Source of the DNA: a virus
Lineage: Duplodnaviria; Caudoviricetes
Virus record (IMG/VR): IMGVR_UViG_3300034945_000004
Coordinates: 1-42,634 of that record
Length of the DNA stretch: 42,634 nucleotides
Strand: one strand, 5' to 3'
The translations under genes were made by a program, and so were the position numbers. Shown piece by piece: positions 8,358 to 17,389 of the stretch; positions within the stretch are counted from its first letter, which is position 1, and every line of letters begins with the position of its first letter. The notes below the pieces were generated by a model that ran no database searches, had not been told where the DNA came from, and worked only from the letters and a program-made list of their open reading frames with translations.

Positions 8358-9273
8358 AGCATTCCTCCTCTTTTTCCTTGAAGTGCTGGTCGTAGTCCTC
8401 GAACGGGATGGATTTCCACAGCGCCGGCCGCGATCCCCACCGGCCGAATTTCTTGAGGCGCAGCGCGGTCCAGTCGTGCTTTACCCACTTGTCGCCCTTG
8501 TCCAGCGCGTTGAGCTTCATCACGGGCTGGACGTGGGGCTCGCAGCCAGCAGAGACAACTTCCTTGAACCGCGCCAAGCACTCGGCGTAGGGCTCGTTGC
8601 CGACCAGCACATAGACCCGCTTTCGCTTCGTGGGCTCGCCCGCCAGCATCTTCAGCACCTGGCGAACCTGCGGCCCCTCCTTTGTCTCGTCGTAGGCGAA
8701 GCGCCACGGCCCCCGCCCCTCGTTGATGAGCGGCTTCCAGCGGGCGTACACGTCCGGCGTGAAGGTGATGGGCTCGAACCCGCTGTTCGCGTCCGTGAGC
8801 TTCACCCCGGCCTCCTGGTAGCGCCGGATGATGTGGTCCTGATAGTCCGCAGGCAGGGCCGACAGGTTGTTGTCGCAAAGCACCGGGCGCGGCGTGAAGT
8901 CGGGAAGCAGGGTGAACTTGTCGCCCTCGATGACCGGCACGTTGCAAAAGGAGCAGTTCACCGGGCAGCCGCGCGAGGCAAAGGTCGCGTCCGGGTTGTG
9001 GTGCTGCGCCACCATGCCGTCCGGGTGATCGGCTGGCACATTGCGCCAGTGGCCCCGCGTGAATACCCGCTTCGTGGGAACCTCGGCCACTCCGGTCAGA
9101 ATGTCCCGGATTCCCTCGTCCATGAAGGCGGGACCGCCAGCTATCACGCGCTGGCCCATCGCCTTCTTGAACACGGCGCGCGACCACGCTTCCCGTACCT
9201 GCCACGAGAATGCGAGGGACAAGTAGGTGATGTCGCCAACGTCCCATTCGGCTATGTCGCCGCGCCATGCCAC
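8329..9273 (-). CDS. radical SAM protein
   Basis: FASRGCPVNCSFC (CxxxCxxC), AGGPA, LCDNN, RFAYD, VYVLVG. Confidence 0.9.
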   Translation of the reverse strand: MAWRGDIAEWDVGDITYLSLAFSWQVREAWSRAVFKKAMGQRVIAGGPAFMDEGIRDILTGVAEVPTKRVFTRGHWRNVPADHPDGMVAQHHNPDATFASRGCPVNCSFCNVPVIEGDKFTLLPDFTPRPVLCDNNLSALPADYQDHIIRRYQEAGVKLTDANSGFEPITFTPDVYARWKPLINEGRGPWRFAYDETKEGPQVRQVLKMLAGEPTKRKRVYVLVGNEPYAECLARFKEVVSAGCEPHVQPVMKLNALDKGDKWVKHDWTALRLKKFGRWGSRPALWKSIPFEDYDQHFKEKEEECYDAQQGLFV

Positions 9274-9875
9274 TAGCTTTCCGACCTCTCATTGGACGAA
9301 GGCGACAGGTGCGCTACCTGCCACACCGTCCAAAGCTGATGCTTGAGCGTGGTGTCGCGGCCAGCGTTTTCGCGGAACAGCGGATAGGTCATCTTGAACC
9401 ACTGTTCAAAGCGTTCCCGAAGCCGCTTCAGCGTCTCGCCGTAGACCTTCTGCGCCTCATCGAAGCTCTGCGGCGGTACTGTTCGTAGCTCCGACACAGC
9501 GATGGCGGCTTTATAGCCGTCATGGAACGCAGCAAGCTCGTCGCGTGTCGTGCTGCCATGCCCCTTGATGTAGTCAAGGCGAGCGGCTATGAAAGCGTCA
9601 TCCGAGCGCGATGCTGTCGTTGGCTCCGAGACAGCCGCATTGAGCCAGCCAATGTGCGCTTGGCACGGCGACACTACGTTGTCTTGCTCATCGAGCATGC
9701 AGCAGCAGCCAGACTTGTTTGTGCGGCGAACCGATTTTTGTCCGGCAGCAAACCCATCAGCCCACGTTCCGCTGTTGCGCGATGCGGAAGGCTTTGGAAT
9801 CTCCCTGGTGCAGTAGGCGGCACCCTCGCAAGGCGCGACCGGATAGCCGCATTTGCACGTCGTCAGATCAGCCAT
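9273..9875 (-). CDS. mosaic hypothetical protein
   Basis: GGAGG RBS before ATG 9875; Cys clusters. Confidence 0.6.
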   Translation of the reverse strand: MADLTTCKCGYPVAPCEGAAYCTREIPKPSASRNSGTWADGFAAGQKSVRRTNKSGCCCMLDEQDNVVSPCQAHIGWLNAAVSEPTTASRSDDAFIAARLDYIKGHGSTTRDELAAFHDGYKAAIAVSELRTVPPQSFDEAQKVYGETLKRLRERFEQWFKMTYPLFRENAGRDTTLKHQLWTVWQVAHLSPSSNERSES

Positions 9876-10494
9876 TCTTCCCTCCGTCCAATGTGGCACA
9901 CAGCGCATTCAGAAGCCCGTAATCGCGCATCCTGTCATCGTGAAATTTAACGGCGATGGACGTGCAGTTACCGGCGTTCACGATGTCGAGCTTGGCGTAG
10001 GGCGCAAGCGCCAGATCCTTCCAAAGCTCGGCTGACCTCAGCGCGGCGGCGAGCCTCAGCTTGATCGGAGTTTCTTCTGGTTCCGCTGGCCCATCCTGTT
10101 GTGCTTTCCCGGCCTCGAACGCGGTGTCGATGACCTTGCCGACCCATATCTCAAACTGGATGAAGTGCGCGCCGAACTGATCCTTGGCGAGCGCCATCAG
10201 TTCGGGCGGCATGGACTGAAGCTCCAGGCGCATTTCGTCGCCAACGCTAGACACCGTCTTGCGTTTATTCCATGCTTTCGCAGCCATCGCAGGACTGCCG
10301 TGGCCGACGATGCCCTTGTTGTCTAGGCCGCACGCGATACAGTTGACGCCGTGAAAGGTGTCCTGCTCCCACTGTTGCTCTGCGACGTGCTTTGCGGAGT
10401 ACCGGACGGTGTTCGCCGCAGCCGTACCGCCGCACATCGGGCACGGCAGCAGGCCAGTGTGGCTGTTCCTGTTGATCTCGCTCACGGTGCCCAT
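9868..10494 (-). CDS. Lar (restriction alleviation)-like zinc finger fused to an unknown domain
   Basis: LLPCPMCGG...VNCIACG...AAKAWNKR. Confidence 0.7.
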   Translation of the reverse strand: MGTVSEINRNSHTGLLPCPMCGGTAAANTVRYSAKHVAEQQWEQDTFHGVNCIACGLDNKGIVGHGSPAMAAKAWNKRKTVSSVGDEMRLELQSMPPELMALAKDQFGAHFIQFEIWVGKVIDTAFEAGKAQQDGPAEPEETPIKLRLAAALRSAELWKDLALAPYAKLDIVNAGNCTSIAVKFHDDRMRDYGLLNALCATLDGGKNG

Positions 10495-10709
10495 CCTTCC
10501 GGCGACCCGGCGACATAGCTCAGGTACTCACGGATTTTGATGTTGTGCGCTTCCACCTGCGCCAGGCGGTAGGCAAAAGTCGGCTCGGCAGAATCCTTCT
10601 TTGCTGGTGCATGGCGTTTAGATTTGTGTATCGCAACGCGCTGCATCAGGCGCTCTCTGGCGCGCTCGTATTTCTCCATCACCCTATTCGTGCTAGGACC
10701 AGTTTTCAA
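10482..10709 (-). CDS. hypothetical protein
   Basis: Packs into the left operon with short overlaps. Confidence 0.5.
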   Translation of the reverse strand: MKTGPSTNRVMEKYERARERLMQRVAIHKSKRHAPAKKDSAEPTFAYRLAQVEAHNIKIREYLSYVAGSPEGWAP

Positions 10710-10908
10710 CTTGCGCCTCCCTCAGTTTGATTCGGTAAAACGCCGCGTCCGTCGATTCCATCGCCCACTTGTTCAGTAGCCGCTCGATGATGGCGCGGTC
10801 GTAGCGGCTCAGATTCCCCTGGATGCGCCTGACACTCTTGGCGAACCGGCATGTTGCGCACCGGCACCGCTTCGGGCGCTGCGCGGGAAGGTGAGTCCGG
10901 TCAGTCAT
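10693..10908 (-). CDS. hypothetical protein
   Basis: ATGA overlap at 10905-10908; MTDRTHLPAQRPKRCRCATC... Confidence 0.55.
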   Translation of the reverse strand: MTDRTHLPAQRPKRCRCATCRFAKSVRRIQGNLSRYDRAIIERLLNKWAMESTDAAFYRIKLREAQVENWS

Positions 10909-11243
10909 CGGACTACTCTCAAAATCTTCTGCGCCGCCCACGCTTCCGGCGCGTACTTTGCGGCGAGCGCATCCGACATGTGAATAAAACCTAAAAGCCC
11001 GGTCAGACCAAGCGTGATACCCGTGAAAAAGGCGGCAGCGAGAACCGATTCGGACTCCTTCTTGACGCACCACACTGTCAGGATTGCGAACAGCACCGTC
11101 ATTACGAGGCCAAGGGCAATGCCCGCCACCCATGTCCAGAATGTGAACGGTGCGTAGGCAATCAAGCCCGCCCACAACTGCTGAACGGGAACATCGATCT
11201 TGTCCGCGATTTGCTTGAGAACCTGTGCGGTCTGTTCGTTCAT
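10905..11243 (-). CDS. membrane protein (2 TM)
   Basis: GGAG RBS; two hydrophobic helices. Confidence 0.7.
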   Translation of the reverse strand: MNEQTAQVLKQIADKIDVPVQQLWAGLIAYAPFTFWTWVAGIALGLVMTVLFAILTVWCVKKESESVLAAAFFTGITLGLTGLLGFIHMSDALAAKYAPEAWAAQKILRVVR

Positions 11244-11277
11244 TTCTGCACTCCCCTATCGAAGGTAACGCGAGGGT

Positions 11278-11523
11278 TCATTCCACAATCTCGTATTCAT
11301 CGCCCACGCATTCCATCTTCGCGGTTGGCCACGGCTTGCGGAGCAACGCATCTGGGCTGTAGGGCCAGTCTTTCGGTCCTTCACCGAACAGCGGCTGCGT
11401 CCCGTTGATCGCGTCAACGTCCACGGCAATCCTGCCGAACATGATCCCGTAGCCGTCTAGCCCGTGGTACACGACCGTCCCCTCGCGCCCGTCGGGGAGT
11501 CGAATAAATGTCCCTGGTTTCAT
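11278..11523 (-). CDS. hypothetical protein
   Basis: MKPGTFIRLPDGREGTVVYHGLDG... Confidence 0.6.
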   Translation of the reverse strand: MKPGTFIRLPDGREGTVVYHGLDGYGIMFGRIAVDVDAINGTQPLFGEGPKDWPYSPDALLRKPWPTAKMECVGDEYEIVE

Positions 11524-11545
11524 CGCCCGGTTCCTAATCCAGCGG

Positions 11546-11683
11546 TTAGCGGATGCCCCAGGCCGAGAGCCTGTAGGCGTCGCCGCGATTGTTGAACTCA
11601 TCGAGGACGATGACGCGGTTGCCATCCAGCATCTTCACTTCCCACTTGCGTGACTTCTCGTTGAAGTAAATCCATGTGTTCAT
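11546..11683 (-). CDS. hypothetical protein (45 aa)
   Basis: AAGGAG RBS; MNTWIYFNEKSRKWEVK... Confidence 0.55.
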   Translation of the reverse strand: MNTWIYFNEKSRKWEVKMLDGNRVIVLDEFNNRGDAYRLSAWGIR

Positions 11684-11723
11684 GTTCTCTCTCCTTATCA
11701 ACAGTCTTTGCACTAATGGCGTT

Positions 11724-12023
11724 TTACGCTGCCAGCCTTCTTCCGGTGTCCCACAGCAGCCGCTCAATCTGCTCGGCTGTCCACGCCAGCAGCTTCACGT
11801 CGTCCAGCTTGTGCGCCCGGTAGAATGAGCGGCGGTGCATGTGGTGCATCCCGTTGTGGCAGCGCTTGCAAAGTGGAATTGTGGCGAAATCCGAATGATC
11901 CCCTCGCGTAAATTCCAAGTGGTGGGCTTCCTCTGCGGGCACGTTTTCTCCGTACCGCATCAGGCATACCACGCAGGGCAGGCGGTGAATCAGCGAGAGA
12001 TAGCGTTTGCTGGCGGCGCTCAT
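11724..12023 (-). CDS. DUF968/Ref-like HNH-type nuclease
   Basis: LPCVVC...EAHH...DFATIPLCKRCH...H; next to SSB/ERF. Confidence 0.75.
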   Translation of the reverse strand: MSAASKRYLSLIHRLPCVVCLMRYGENVPAEEAHHLEFTRGDHSDFATIPLCKRCHNGMHHMHRRSFYRAHKLDDVKLLAWTAEQIERLLWDTGRRLAA

Positions 12024-12271
12024 CAGAAGGGTAAATCGTCCTTCATGTCCTCAAAACCATTGGGCTTGAGGGGCGGCGCTATCTTTTCCTCTTTCACCTT
12101 CACCGACAGGCTCATGTACATCGTCCCGGCCTTGGACTTCTTGATCCACGCCGAGAGCCAGTATTCCGTCCCCTCAACGTTGATCGTCCCCCGGTAGTCG
12201 GGGTGCTTGTCGGTCGCCTTTTCGTTGTTCTTGAAAAGCGCTCCGCTGTTCGTGTTGTCGTAGTCGGCCAT
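12023..12271 (-). CDS. single-stranded DNA-binding protein (short phage type)
   Basis: GALFKN..K..DKHPDYRGTINVEG.EYWLSAW; acidic C-terminal DDLPF. Confidence 0.8.
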   Translation of the reverse strand: MADYDNTNSGALFKNNEKATDKHPDYRGTINVEGTEYWLSAWIKKSKAGTMYMSLSVKVKEEKIAPPLKPNGFEDMKDDLPF

Positions 12272-12895
12272 TTACGCCACCTTCTTTTTCATGGCGGCGC
12301 GTTCCTTGGAATCGAATTTCGACCAGATGGCGACCTTGTGTTTTGCCTCCAGCCCCTGTTCCTCGAGCAGCGCCAGGGCAGCAGCACCGCCTTTAGAGGC
12401 GAGTTCCCGGCGCACGTTCTCGGCTATGTCGGTGAGCCACGTCTGTTCGTCGGTGGTCAGGTCGTTCCACTCGCCAACCGTGGTCGGCACCGCAGAGGCT
12501 TTCGGCTGCACAGCCGCATTCGCGTCGTCGTCCTCATCGGCAACAACGCCAGCGATGGACTGCAGGCCATAGCGCCGGGTGTACGTCAGGCAACTACCCG
12601 CAGCGTGGGCGGTTTCCTTGCCAACCGGCAGGAGACATTCTTCCTCCAGCCATTGCCCGGAAACGTGCATGAGGCGCGAGACGCATCCCGCGTACCCGTT
12701 CCCGTACTTCGGGAATTGGGTGATAGCGAGTCCGTGCTTGTTCAGTGCCGGGAGTACCGCCTCGCGCACCGAAACGAGGGAAGCGTACTTGCTGCCAAAA
12801 TGCGGGTTCTTGGCGTCAAAGTGAGGATTCTTCATTTCCTTCTGCGCGGCGACCAGGGCCGCTGCAAGCCTGTCGATCTCAGTGCTGCTGTTCAT
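12272..12895 (-). CDS. erf: ERF-family single-strand annealing protein
   Basis: KNPHFGSKYASL, LMHVSGQW, GSCLTYTRRYGLQSIAGV..DEDDDAN; start ATG 12895 after AAGGAG. Confidence 0.92.
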   Translation of the reverse strand: MNSSTEIDRLAAALVAAQKEMKNPHFDAKNPHFGSKYASLVSVREAVLPALNKHGLAITQFPKYGNGYAGCVSRLMHVSGQWLEEECLLPVGKETAHAAGSCLTYTRRYGLQSIAGVVADEDDDANAAVQPKASAVPTTVGEWNDLTTDEQTWLTDIAENVRRELASKGGAAALALLEEQGLEAKHKVAIWSKFDSKERAAMKKKVA

Positions 12896-12997
12896 CTTCC
12901 TGCTCCTTGTTGTGTTCGCGCCATTCCATATATTCTTCCCAGCGTTGGTACTCTGTTTCGTGCTGAAGGTTGTCAGCGTCCTCAAGTTCCTGTTCGG

Positions 12998-13171
12998 TCA
13001 TTTGGCTTTCCCCGGAATACCCCATTTGGGGCGCTGGCTACCCGAATCGAGTATGTAGAGATTGCGTTCGCGCAGCCAGCGGATCGCCTGCTCAAGTTTT
13101 GATTCGACCGGGCGAAGGCGGGGCTTGATCTCCATCGGCCGACCGGCAACGACTTTGAATCGCGGTTTCAC
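12998..13171 (-). CDS. hypothetical protein
   Basis: GGAGG RBS + GTG; ...LEQAIRWLRERNLYILD... Confidence 0.5.
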   Translation of the reverse strand: MKPRFKVVAGRPMEIKPRLRPVESKLEQAIRWLRERNLYILDSGSQRPKWGIPGKAK

Positions 13172-13292
13172 AGTCCCTCCAGAATCGCGGTCAGGATCAG
13201 CGCGACGATCAGCAGCCACGCGGCCAGTTCCGGTTCGATGAGTTGGAAAGCATCCTCGGAGGGGCGGTAGTGCTTCAGGTCGTGGGGGAGAT

Positions 13293-13682
13293 TCATTCGT
13301 CCTCCGCCAGTTCCTCGGCCAGTTCCTCGGCCCTGTCCCTTACCAAGTCCTCATGCTTGTCCAGCAGCCACGCCTTCATCCCTTCCTCGCAGTTGCGCTC
13401 AAGGCGGAACCGGGCCTCCTGCTGGTCGGTCTGCCGCCCGTAGATCATCGCGGTCAGCTTGTTGGCGAGTTCGTCCTCGTCAAACGTCGCCATCAGGTAA
13501 TCGCCAGCGGTGATGCGGCTTCCCCAATTCCTGTCGGGGTAGCTGCGGCCACAGGTCAGGTAGTCGTCGCAGATGTTGGCGGCGGCGGCGTCCAGTTCGG
13601 CGTCGGTGAACTCCCCGGCGCGGTCGGACAGGCGCTCGGCGGCTTCGGCACTCATGGCGGCGGGCTGCGGGAGGCGGTCCAT
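13293..13682 (-). CDS. acidic hypothetical protein
   Basis: TAATG coupling to upstream gene. Confidence 0.6.
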   Translation of the reverse strand: MDRLPQPAAMSAEAAERLSDRAGEFTDAELDAAAANICDDYLTCGRSYPDRNWGSRITAGDYLMATFDEDELANKLTAMIYGRQTDQQEARFRLERNCEEGMKAWLLDKHEDLVRDRAEELAEELAEDE

Positions 13683-13924
13683 TAGGCGGACTCACCGAGG
13701 GCGGCGCGGGCGGCACCAACGGCGGCGATAAGCGGGCTTCCGGTTGCAATCATTCCCGGCTCGATCAAGAGCGCGGCAGTCATAGTCAGCGCCTCGCGCA
13801 GCCTCGCGTTCTCGGCGCGGAGGGTTTCGAGTTCGGCCTTCGTCCGGAACGCTGCGGCGGTATCGCGCTCATGCTCAAGGCGCGGCATCGTGATCGTGTC
13901 GGCTGTTTCCTTCGTCGCTTCCAT
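13682..13924 (-). CDS. first gene of the PL operon, hypothetical
   Basis: AAGGAGG RBS + ATG 13924; LRAENARLREAL...AARAAL. Confidence 0.65.
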   Translation of the reverse strand: MEATKETADTITMPRLEHERDTAAAFRTKAELETLRAENARLREALTMTAALLIEPGMIATGSPLIAAVGAARAALGESA

Positions 13925-13958
13925 GTGCTGTCCCTCCTTGTTGGCTTGCATGGGAGAG

Positions 13959-14001
13959 ATTATCCGCAAAAGTTTGCGTAGTCGTCAAGCAAAACTTTGC
14001 G
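13959..14001 (-). promoter_or_regulatory. PL promoter with two operators
   Basis: TTGACG-18-GATAAT on minus strand; CGCAAAAGTTTGCG (13965-13978) and AGCAAAACTTTGCG (13988-14001). Confidence 0.8.
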
Positions 14002-14042
14002 CATCTATGGCGCAACGCAATAACCCCGCCTAATTCATGGGG

Positions 14043-14393
14043 TTACTGCTTCACCAGCTTTTCGGATCGGCTTGGGAGGGTCTTGAAACTGTGTTCTAGC
14101 CGCAAATACATCTCGCGTTCCCGGATGGACTTCTCAATATCGGGGTGCAGCAGTTCCCAGACCTCACAGGACAGTTTCAGGGCGACTTTCTCTAGGATGT
14201 CGAGGGTAGGGTAGCCCTCCGGCTTGGCGCTCGTTGTGGTGCGCCTGGACGGGTCGAGCAGGTTGCGGATCGTGTTCGGGGAGACCTTACATGCCACGCC
14301 CAGCGAATTAGGGTTCCTGTAGGCGCAAGTCTCCCGCTCCATGAAGAAACGAAGGTTCCGGGCGACCACGCGCCGCAAATCCTTAATTTGCAT
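14043..14393 (-). CDS. CI-like XRE/HTH repressor without S24 peptidase domain
   Basis: VARNLR...LGVACKVSPNTIRNL...PTLDILEKVALKLSCEVWELL; divergent from cro; likely start ATG 14393 (116 aa). Confidence 0.85.
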   Translation of the reverse strand: MQIKDLRRVVARNLRFFMERETCAYRNPNSLGVACKVSPNTIRNLLDPSRRTTTSAKPEGYPTLDILEKVALKLSCEVWELLHPDIEKSIREREMYLRLEHSFKTLPSRSEKLVKQ

Positions 14394-14410
14394 ACGGTTA
14401 ACGATACCGC

Positions 14411-14455
14411 TTGACGGGTTCAAACTTTTGCGCGCAAAATGCGCAAACTTTTGAA
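14411..14455 (+). promoter_or_regulatory. PR promoter with two operators
   Basis: TTGACG-18-CAAAAT; TTCAAACTTTTGCG (14419-14432) and CGCAAACTTTTGAA (14442-14455) match the PL operators. Confidence 0.8.
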
Positions 14456-14463
14456 GGGGCATT

Positions 14464-14664
14464 GTGGACGACGGACTGATCACGGAAGTTGTTGCGGGTT
14501 TAGCCGCCCGGAAAGGCGATTGGAAGCGAATCGCCAGGGACATTCCGGGCGTTTCGTATTCGTGGATTTCCCAGCTTGGGCGCGGCAAGTACAAATCCTC
14601 GCCATCCTACAAGCGCCTTCAGTCGGTCGCTGAGTATCTCCGCGCCGAACGGAGGGCCGCGTGA
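14464..14664 (+). CDS. Cro-like HTH protein
   Basis: WKRIARDIPGVSYSWISQLGRG...PSYKRLQSVAEYL. Confidence 0.85.
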   Translation: MDDGLITEVVAGLAARKGDWKRIARDIPGVSYSWISQLGRGKYKSSPSYKRLQSVAEYLRAERRAA

Positions 14665-14734
14665 TTTCCCCGGCCCGACGCCTTCTCCTCCCTCGCGCGT
14701 CGTTGCCATCCGGTTCTATGGGCGTTGTCGCCGG

Positions 14735-14965
14735 ATGGATCTTCTCTTGAGCCTGCGGGGCAAGGACTTTCGTTGCGAACTCGATCCCGAGTTGCACGAG
14801 CATCTGAGGACGATGGCTGAGTTTCACGACCTGGACCTCGCATCCCTGGGCGCGAAACTGCTCGAAAAAGCGATCTGCGGTGAATGGCATGAATTTACTT
14901 TACTGGCCGCGCGGTTGGAGCGCAGCGGAATCGTGCGGAAAGCGGCGGAAGGGGGCGGAAAATGA
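14735..14965 (+). CDS. CII-position small regulator (RHH-like)
   Basis: KDFRCELDPELHEHLRTMAE...; follows cro; start may be TTG 14747. Confidence 0.6.
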   Translation: MDLLLSLRGKDFRCELDPELHEHLRTMAEFHDLDLASLGAKLLEKAICGEWHEFTLLAARLERSGIVRKAAEGGGK

Positions 14966-15414
14966 TGGTCAGCACGCACGTCAGGCTCTCGGATGCTGGC
15001 AGCAAAGCCCTTGCAGAGTACGCACGCCGACACGGCATGACGAAAGCCAATGCCGCCGCGCAAATTCTTAACGAGTACATCTACGGCCACGACAGGACGC
15101 CGGGAAAGCCTGCGGCCCCACTCCTGCCAGATGTCGCCTCGGGGCAGGTTTACATCATCAAGGCCGGACGCTATTTCAAGATTGGCAAAGCGAAGAACGC
15201 GAAGGCGCGAATCAGAGTTCTGCGTTTGCCGTTTAAGCACAAAGCGGTCGCGGTGTTCGATGTACTAGATCGGCACGTCGCGGAGAAGTACCTGCATCGA
15301 AAGTTTGCCTCTCAGCGTGTGAATGGAGAGTGGTTCCGCCTTAGCGCCGATGACATCACGGGGATTTCAAGGGATTTGCCGGGAATGGACGACAAAAAAG
15401 GGGGCAAAGCTTGA
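14962..15414 (+). CDS. RHH-like N-terminus fused to GIY-YIG (T5orf172/MUG113-like) domain
   Basis: VYIIKAGRYFKIG...R...EKYLHRKF...NGEWF. Confidence 0.8.
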   Translation: MMVSTHVRLSDAGSKALAEYARRHGMTKANAAAQILNEYIYGHDRTPGKPAAPLLPDVASGQVYIIKAGRYFKIGKAKNAKARIRVLRLPFKHKAVAVFDVLDRHVAEKYLHRKFASQRVNGEWFRLSADDITGISRDLPGMDDKKGGKA

Positions 15415-15501
15415 CGCCTTTTTTTCCGCGCAAGGTTCGCGCCAAGTATTCGCAGTGTGTCGGTACGTTGGCGCGCTTGTCCGTACGGCGGCGCGCATAG
15501 C

Positions 15502-16218
15502 ATGTACAACAAACTGTTCACCAAGATTCTGGACTCGACCATTTGGCTTGAGTCCGACGCTACCCGGCTGGTCTGGATCACGTTCCTTGCCGTCATGGAC
15601 GAGGACGGCTTTGTCGCGCTGTCCTCCGCTGGCAACGTGGCTGCTAGGGCGCGGGTGCCCCTTGAGGCAGTAGATGGGGCGCTGAAGGCTCTTGAGTCCC
15701 CGGACAAGTCAGACCCATCCCAGGAACACGAAGGGCGGCGTATAGAGCGCGTCCCTTACGGCTGGATGGTGCTCAACGCTGGCAAGTACCGAGACATCGT
15801 TCAACGCGCTGAATCCATGCGGAAGAACCGGGAAAGGGTAGCTAAACACCGGGCCGGTAATGGTGGTGTAACGGTGCGTAATGTTTCGGTAATGCAATCA
15901 GAAGCAGTATCAGAAGCAGTATCAGAAACAAAAGCAGGTAAGTCAAAAACAAAGGTCGCGGCTGTGCCGCTCCCGGATTGGCTTGACTCAAAGACATGGA
16001 CCGAATGGCTCAAGGTCCGCAAGGCAAAGAGCAACACGCCAGGTTCCCTGCAAGCCGCCCTGAAGAAGCTGGAGGGGTTTCGGGCTGCGGGGTTCGACCC
16101 AAACGAAATCGTCGCCAACAGCCTAGCGAATGGCTGGCAGGGGTTATTCCCCCCGGCTAAGGCTCGGGCGAACGGGACGCCGGATTACTCAGGCGTCATT
16201 GCGAATCTGAGGGACTGA
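15502..16218 (+). CDS. replication initiator protein
   Basis: MYNKLFTKILDSTIW...; C-terminal LPDWLD..TWTEWLKVRK...SLANGWQGLF; internal repeats. Confidence 0.8.
   Translation: MYNKLFTKILDSTIWLESDATRLVWITFLAVMDEDGFVALSSAGNVAARARVPLEAVDGALKALESPDKSDPSQEHEGRRIERVPYGWMVLNAGKYRDIVQRAESMRKNRERVAKHRAGNGGVTVRNVSVMQSEAVSEAVSETKAGKSKTKVAAVPLPDWLDSKTWTEWLKVRKAKSNTPGSLQAALKKLEGFRAAGFDPNEIVANSLANGWQGLFPPAKARANGTPDYSGVIANLRD
15857..15930 (+). repeat. candidate origin iterons within the initiator gene
   Basis: Four GTAA(T/C)G units, then TCAGAAGCAGTA x2 + TCAGAAACA. Confidence 0.55.
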
Positions 16219-16730
16219 TGCTGAAAACTGACGCAACGATCCTTGCCAATCAACTGAATGCGCTGGCAGAGGTTTACGGCAAGGGAGCGGTAACGGCGAA
16301 GGCTTTGGAGGTTTGGTTCGACGCGCTGAAGGAATTTCCTACCGAGCGAGTCATGGGAATACTGCTCGGCTGGCCGAAGATGCACCAGCGGTTCCCTGCT
16401 CCGTCCGATGTTTGGAAGGCTTGCAACGAAGCGGCCACTGTGCAGCGCGAAAGCAAAGCGGCCTATGAGCGCGCACAGAACGCATCGCCACGACCTGAGC
16501 ATTACGTTACCGAGCGCGGCATGGAAATCATAGCTGGCATTAGGGCGATTCTTGCGGGCAAGACGCAGCCATCTCCGCGTGAGCATTGGGAGCGCGTTCT
16601 GTCATCCACGGAGTATGGCGAGAAGGCGAAGGCGATTGCGCGTGAGGCGCTGGCAAGACTTCCGGGCAGCAGGCATAGCACGGTTGAGCGCGAACCAGGA
16701 CAGGACGATGAAGAAAGGATGGCGGCATGA
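16218..16730 (+). CDS. putative helicase loader (lambda P position)
   Basis: Coupled to initiator; WFDALKEF...RFPAPSDV. Confidence 0.6.
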   Translation: MLKTDATILANQLNALAEVYGKGAVTAKALEVWFDALKEFPTERVMGILLGWPKMHQRFPAPSDVWKACNEAATVQRESKAAYERAQNASPRPEHYVTERGMEIIAGIRAILAGKTQPSPREHWERVLSSTEYGEKAKAIAREALARLPGSRHSTVEREPGQDDEERMAA

Positions 16731-16969
16731 ACATCGGAAATGGGTTGGACGACGAGATAAGCGTGGCGGCGGTGTGGCCTGATGGAACCGTTGTTGTCTT
16801 TGGGCCGCGCTACAAGGGTAGCGAGTTTCGAGAGCGCTTAAGTGCGCAAAAATTCAATAACTACGGACAAGGCTACTTGTGGGCTGCGGAGTTTGAGGAA
16901 CGTGAGCGGCGCGATCTAGCAATCCGCCAGTCTATGCGTGGTCGTCAGGGGATGAGGCTTGCCGCATGA
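16727..16969 (+). CDS. hypothetical protein
   Basis: ATGA-coupled. Confidence 0.55.
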   Translation: MNIGNGLDDEISVAAVWPDGTVVVFGPRYKGSEFRERLSAQKFNNYGQGYLWAAEFEERERRDLAIRQSMRGRQGMRLAA

Positions 16970-17141
16970 AGCCCCCGAAGAAGCGCGGCGGGAGAAGGCC
17001 GGGAACGCCGTGGAGGATTGCGCCAGTTGCAAGCACAGTCGTCCCGGCCCGCACGGGTTCCTTCGCTGCGAGTACCGGGCTAAGTGGTTCTGGAGAAGTC
17101 CGGGGATGAACTGCGCGTTCAATCCGTCGAGGTTCGGGTGA
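16959..17141 (+). CDS. small Cys-containing hypothetical protein
   Basis: CASCKH...C...C. Confidence 0.45.
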   Translation: MPHEAPEEARREKAGNAVEDCASCKHSRPGPHGFLRCEYRAKWFWRSPGMNCAFNPSRFG

Positions 17142-17389
17142 TACAGGCGGCGCTCGATTTCTCCGCACGCCCGGTAGAGGTTCCCTCTGCCGACTCGCAA
17201 TGCGGAAAGATTCTGCGCCACATTCAGGAGTTCGGTTCGATCACGACATTCGAGGCTTATGCCGCGTATGGAATCACGACCTGTGGGCAGCGGTGTACGG
17301 ACCTGAGGAAACTCGGCTGGCCGGTCTATTCAACGATGGTCGAGGTCAAGCCCGGAACGCGGGCTGCCAGATACAGGCTGGGCGAATGA
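17138..17389 (+). CDS. winged-helix HTH protein (HTH_39-like)
   Basis: ILRHIQEFGSITTFEA...RCTDLRKLGWPV...ARYRL. Confidence 0.75.
   Translation: MIQAALDFSARPVEVPSADSQCGKILRHIQEFGSITTFEAYAAYGITTCGQRCTDLRKLGWPVYSTMVEVKPGTRAARYRLGE

Noticed and set aside
8221-9292. Long alternative-frame and antisense ORFs over the radical SAM gene (351 aa plus, 312 aa minus)
   Set aside because: Shadow ORFs of GC3-rich coding sequence; no motifs, Arg/Gly/Pro-biased.
14394-14594. N-terminal extension of the repressor ORF in the ORF track (183 aa)
   Set aside because: Overlaps the PR operators and cro; ATG 14393 gives a normal XRE protein.
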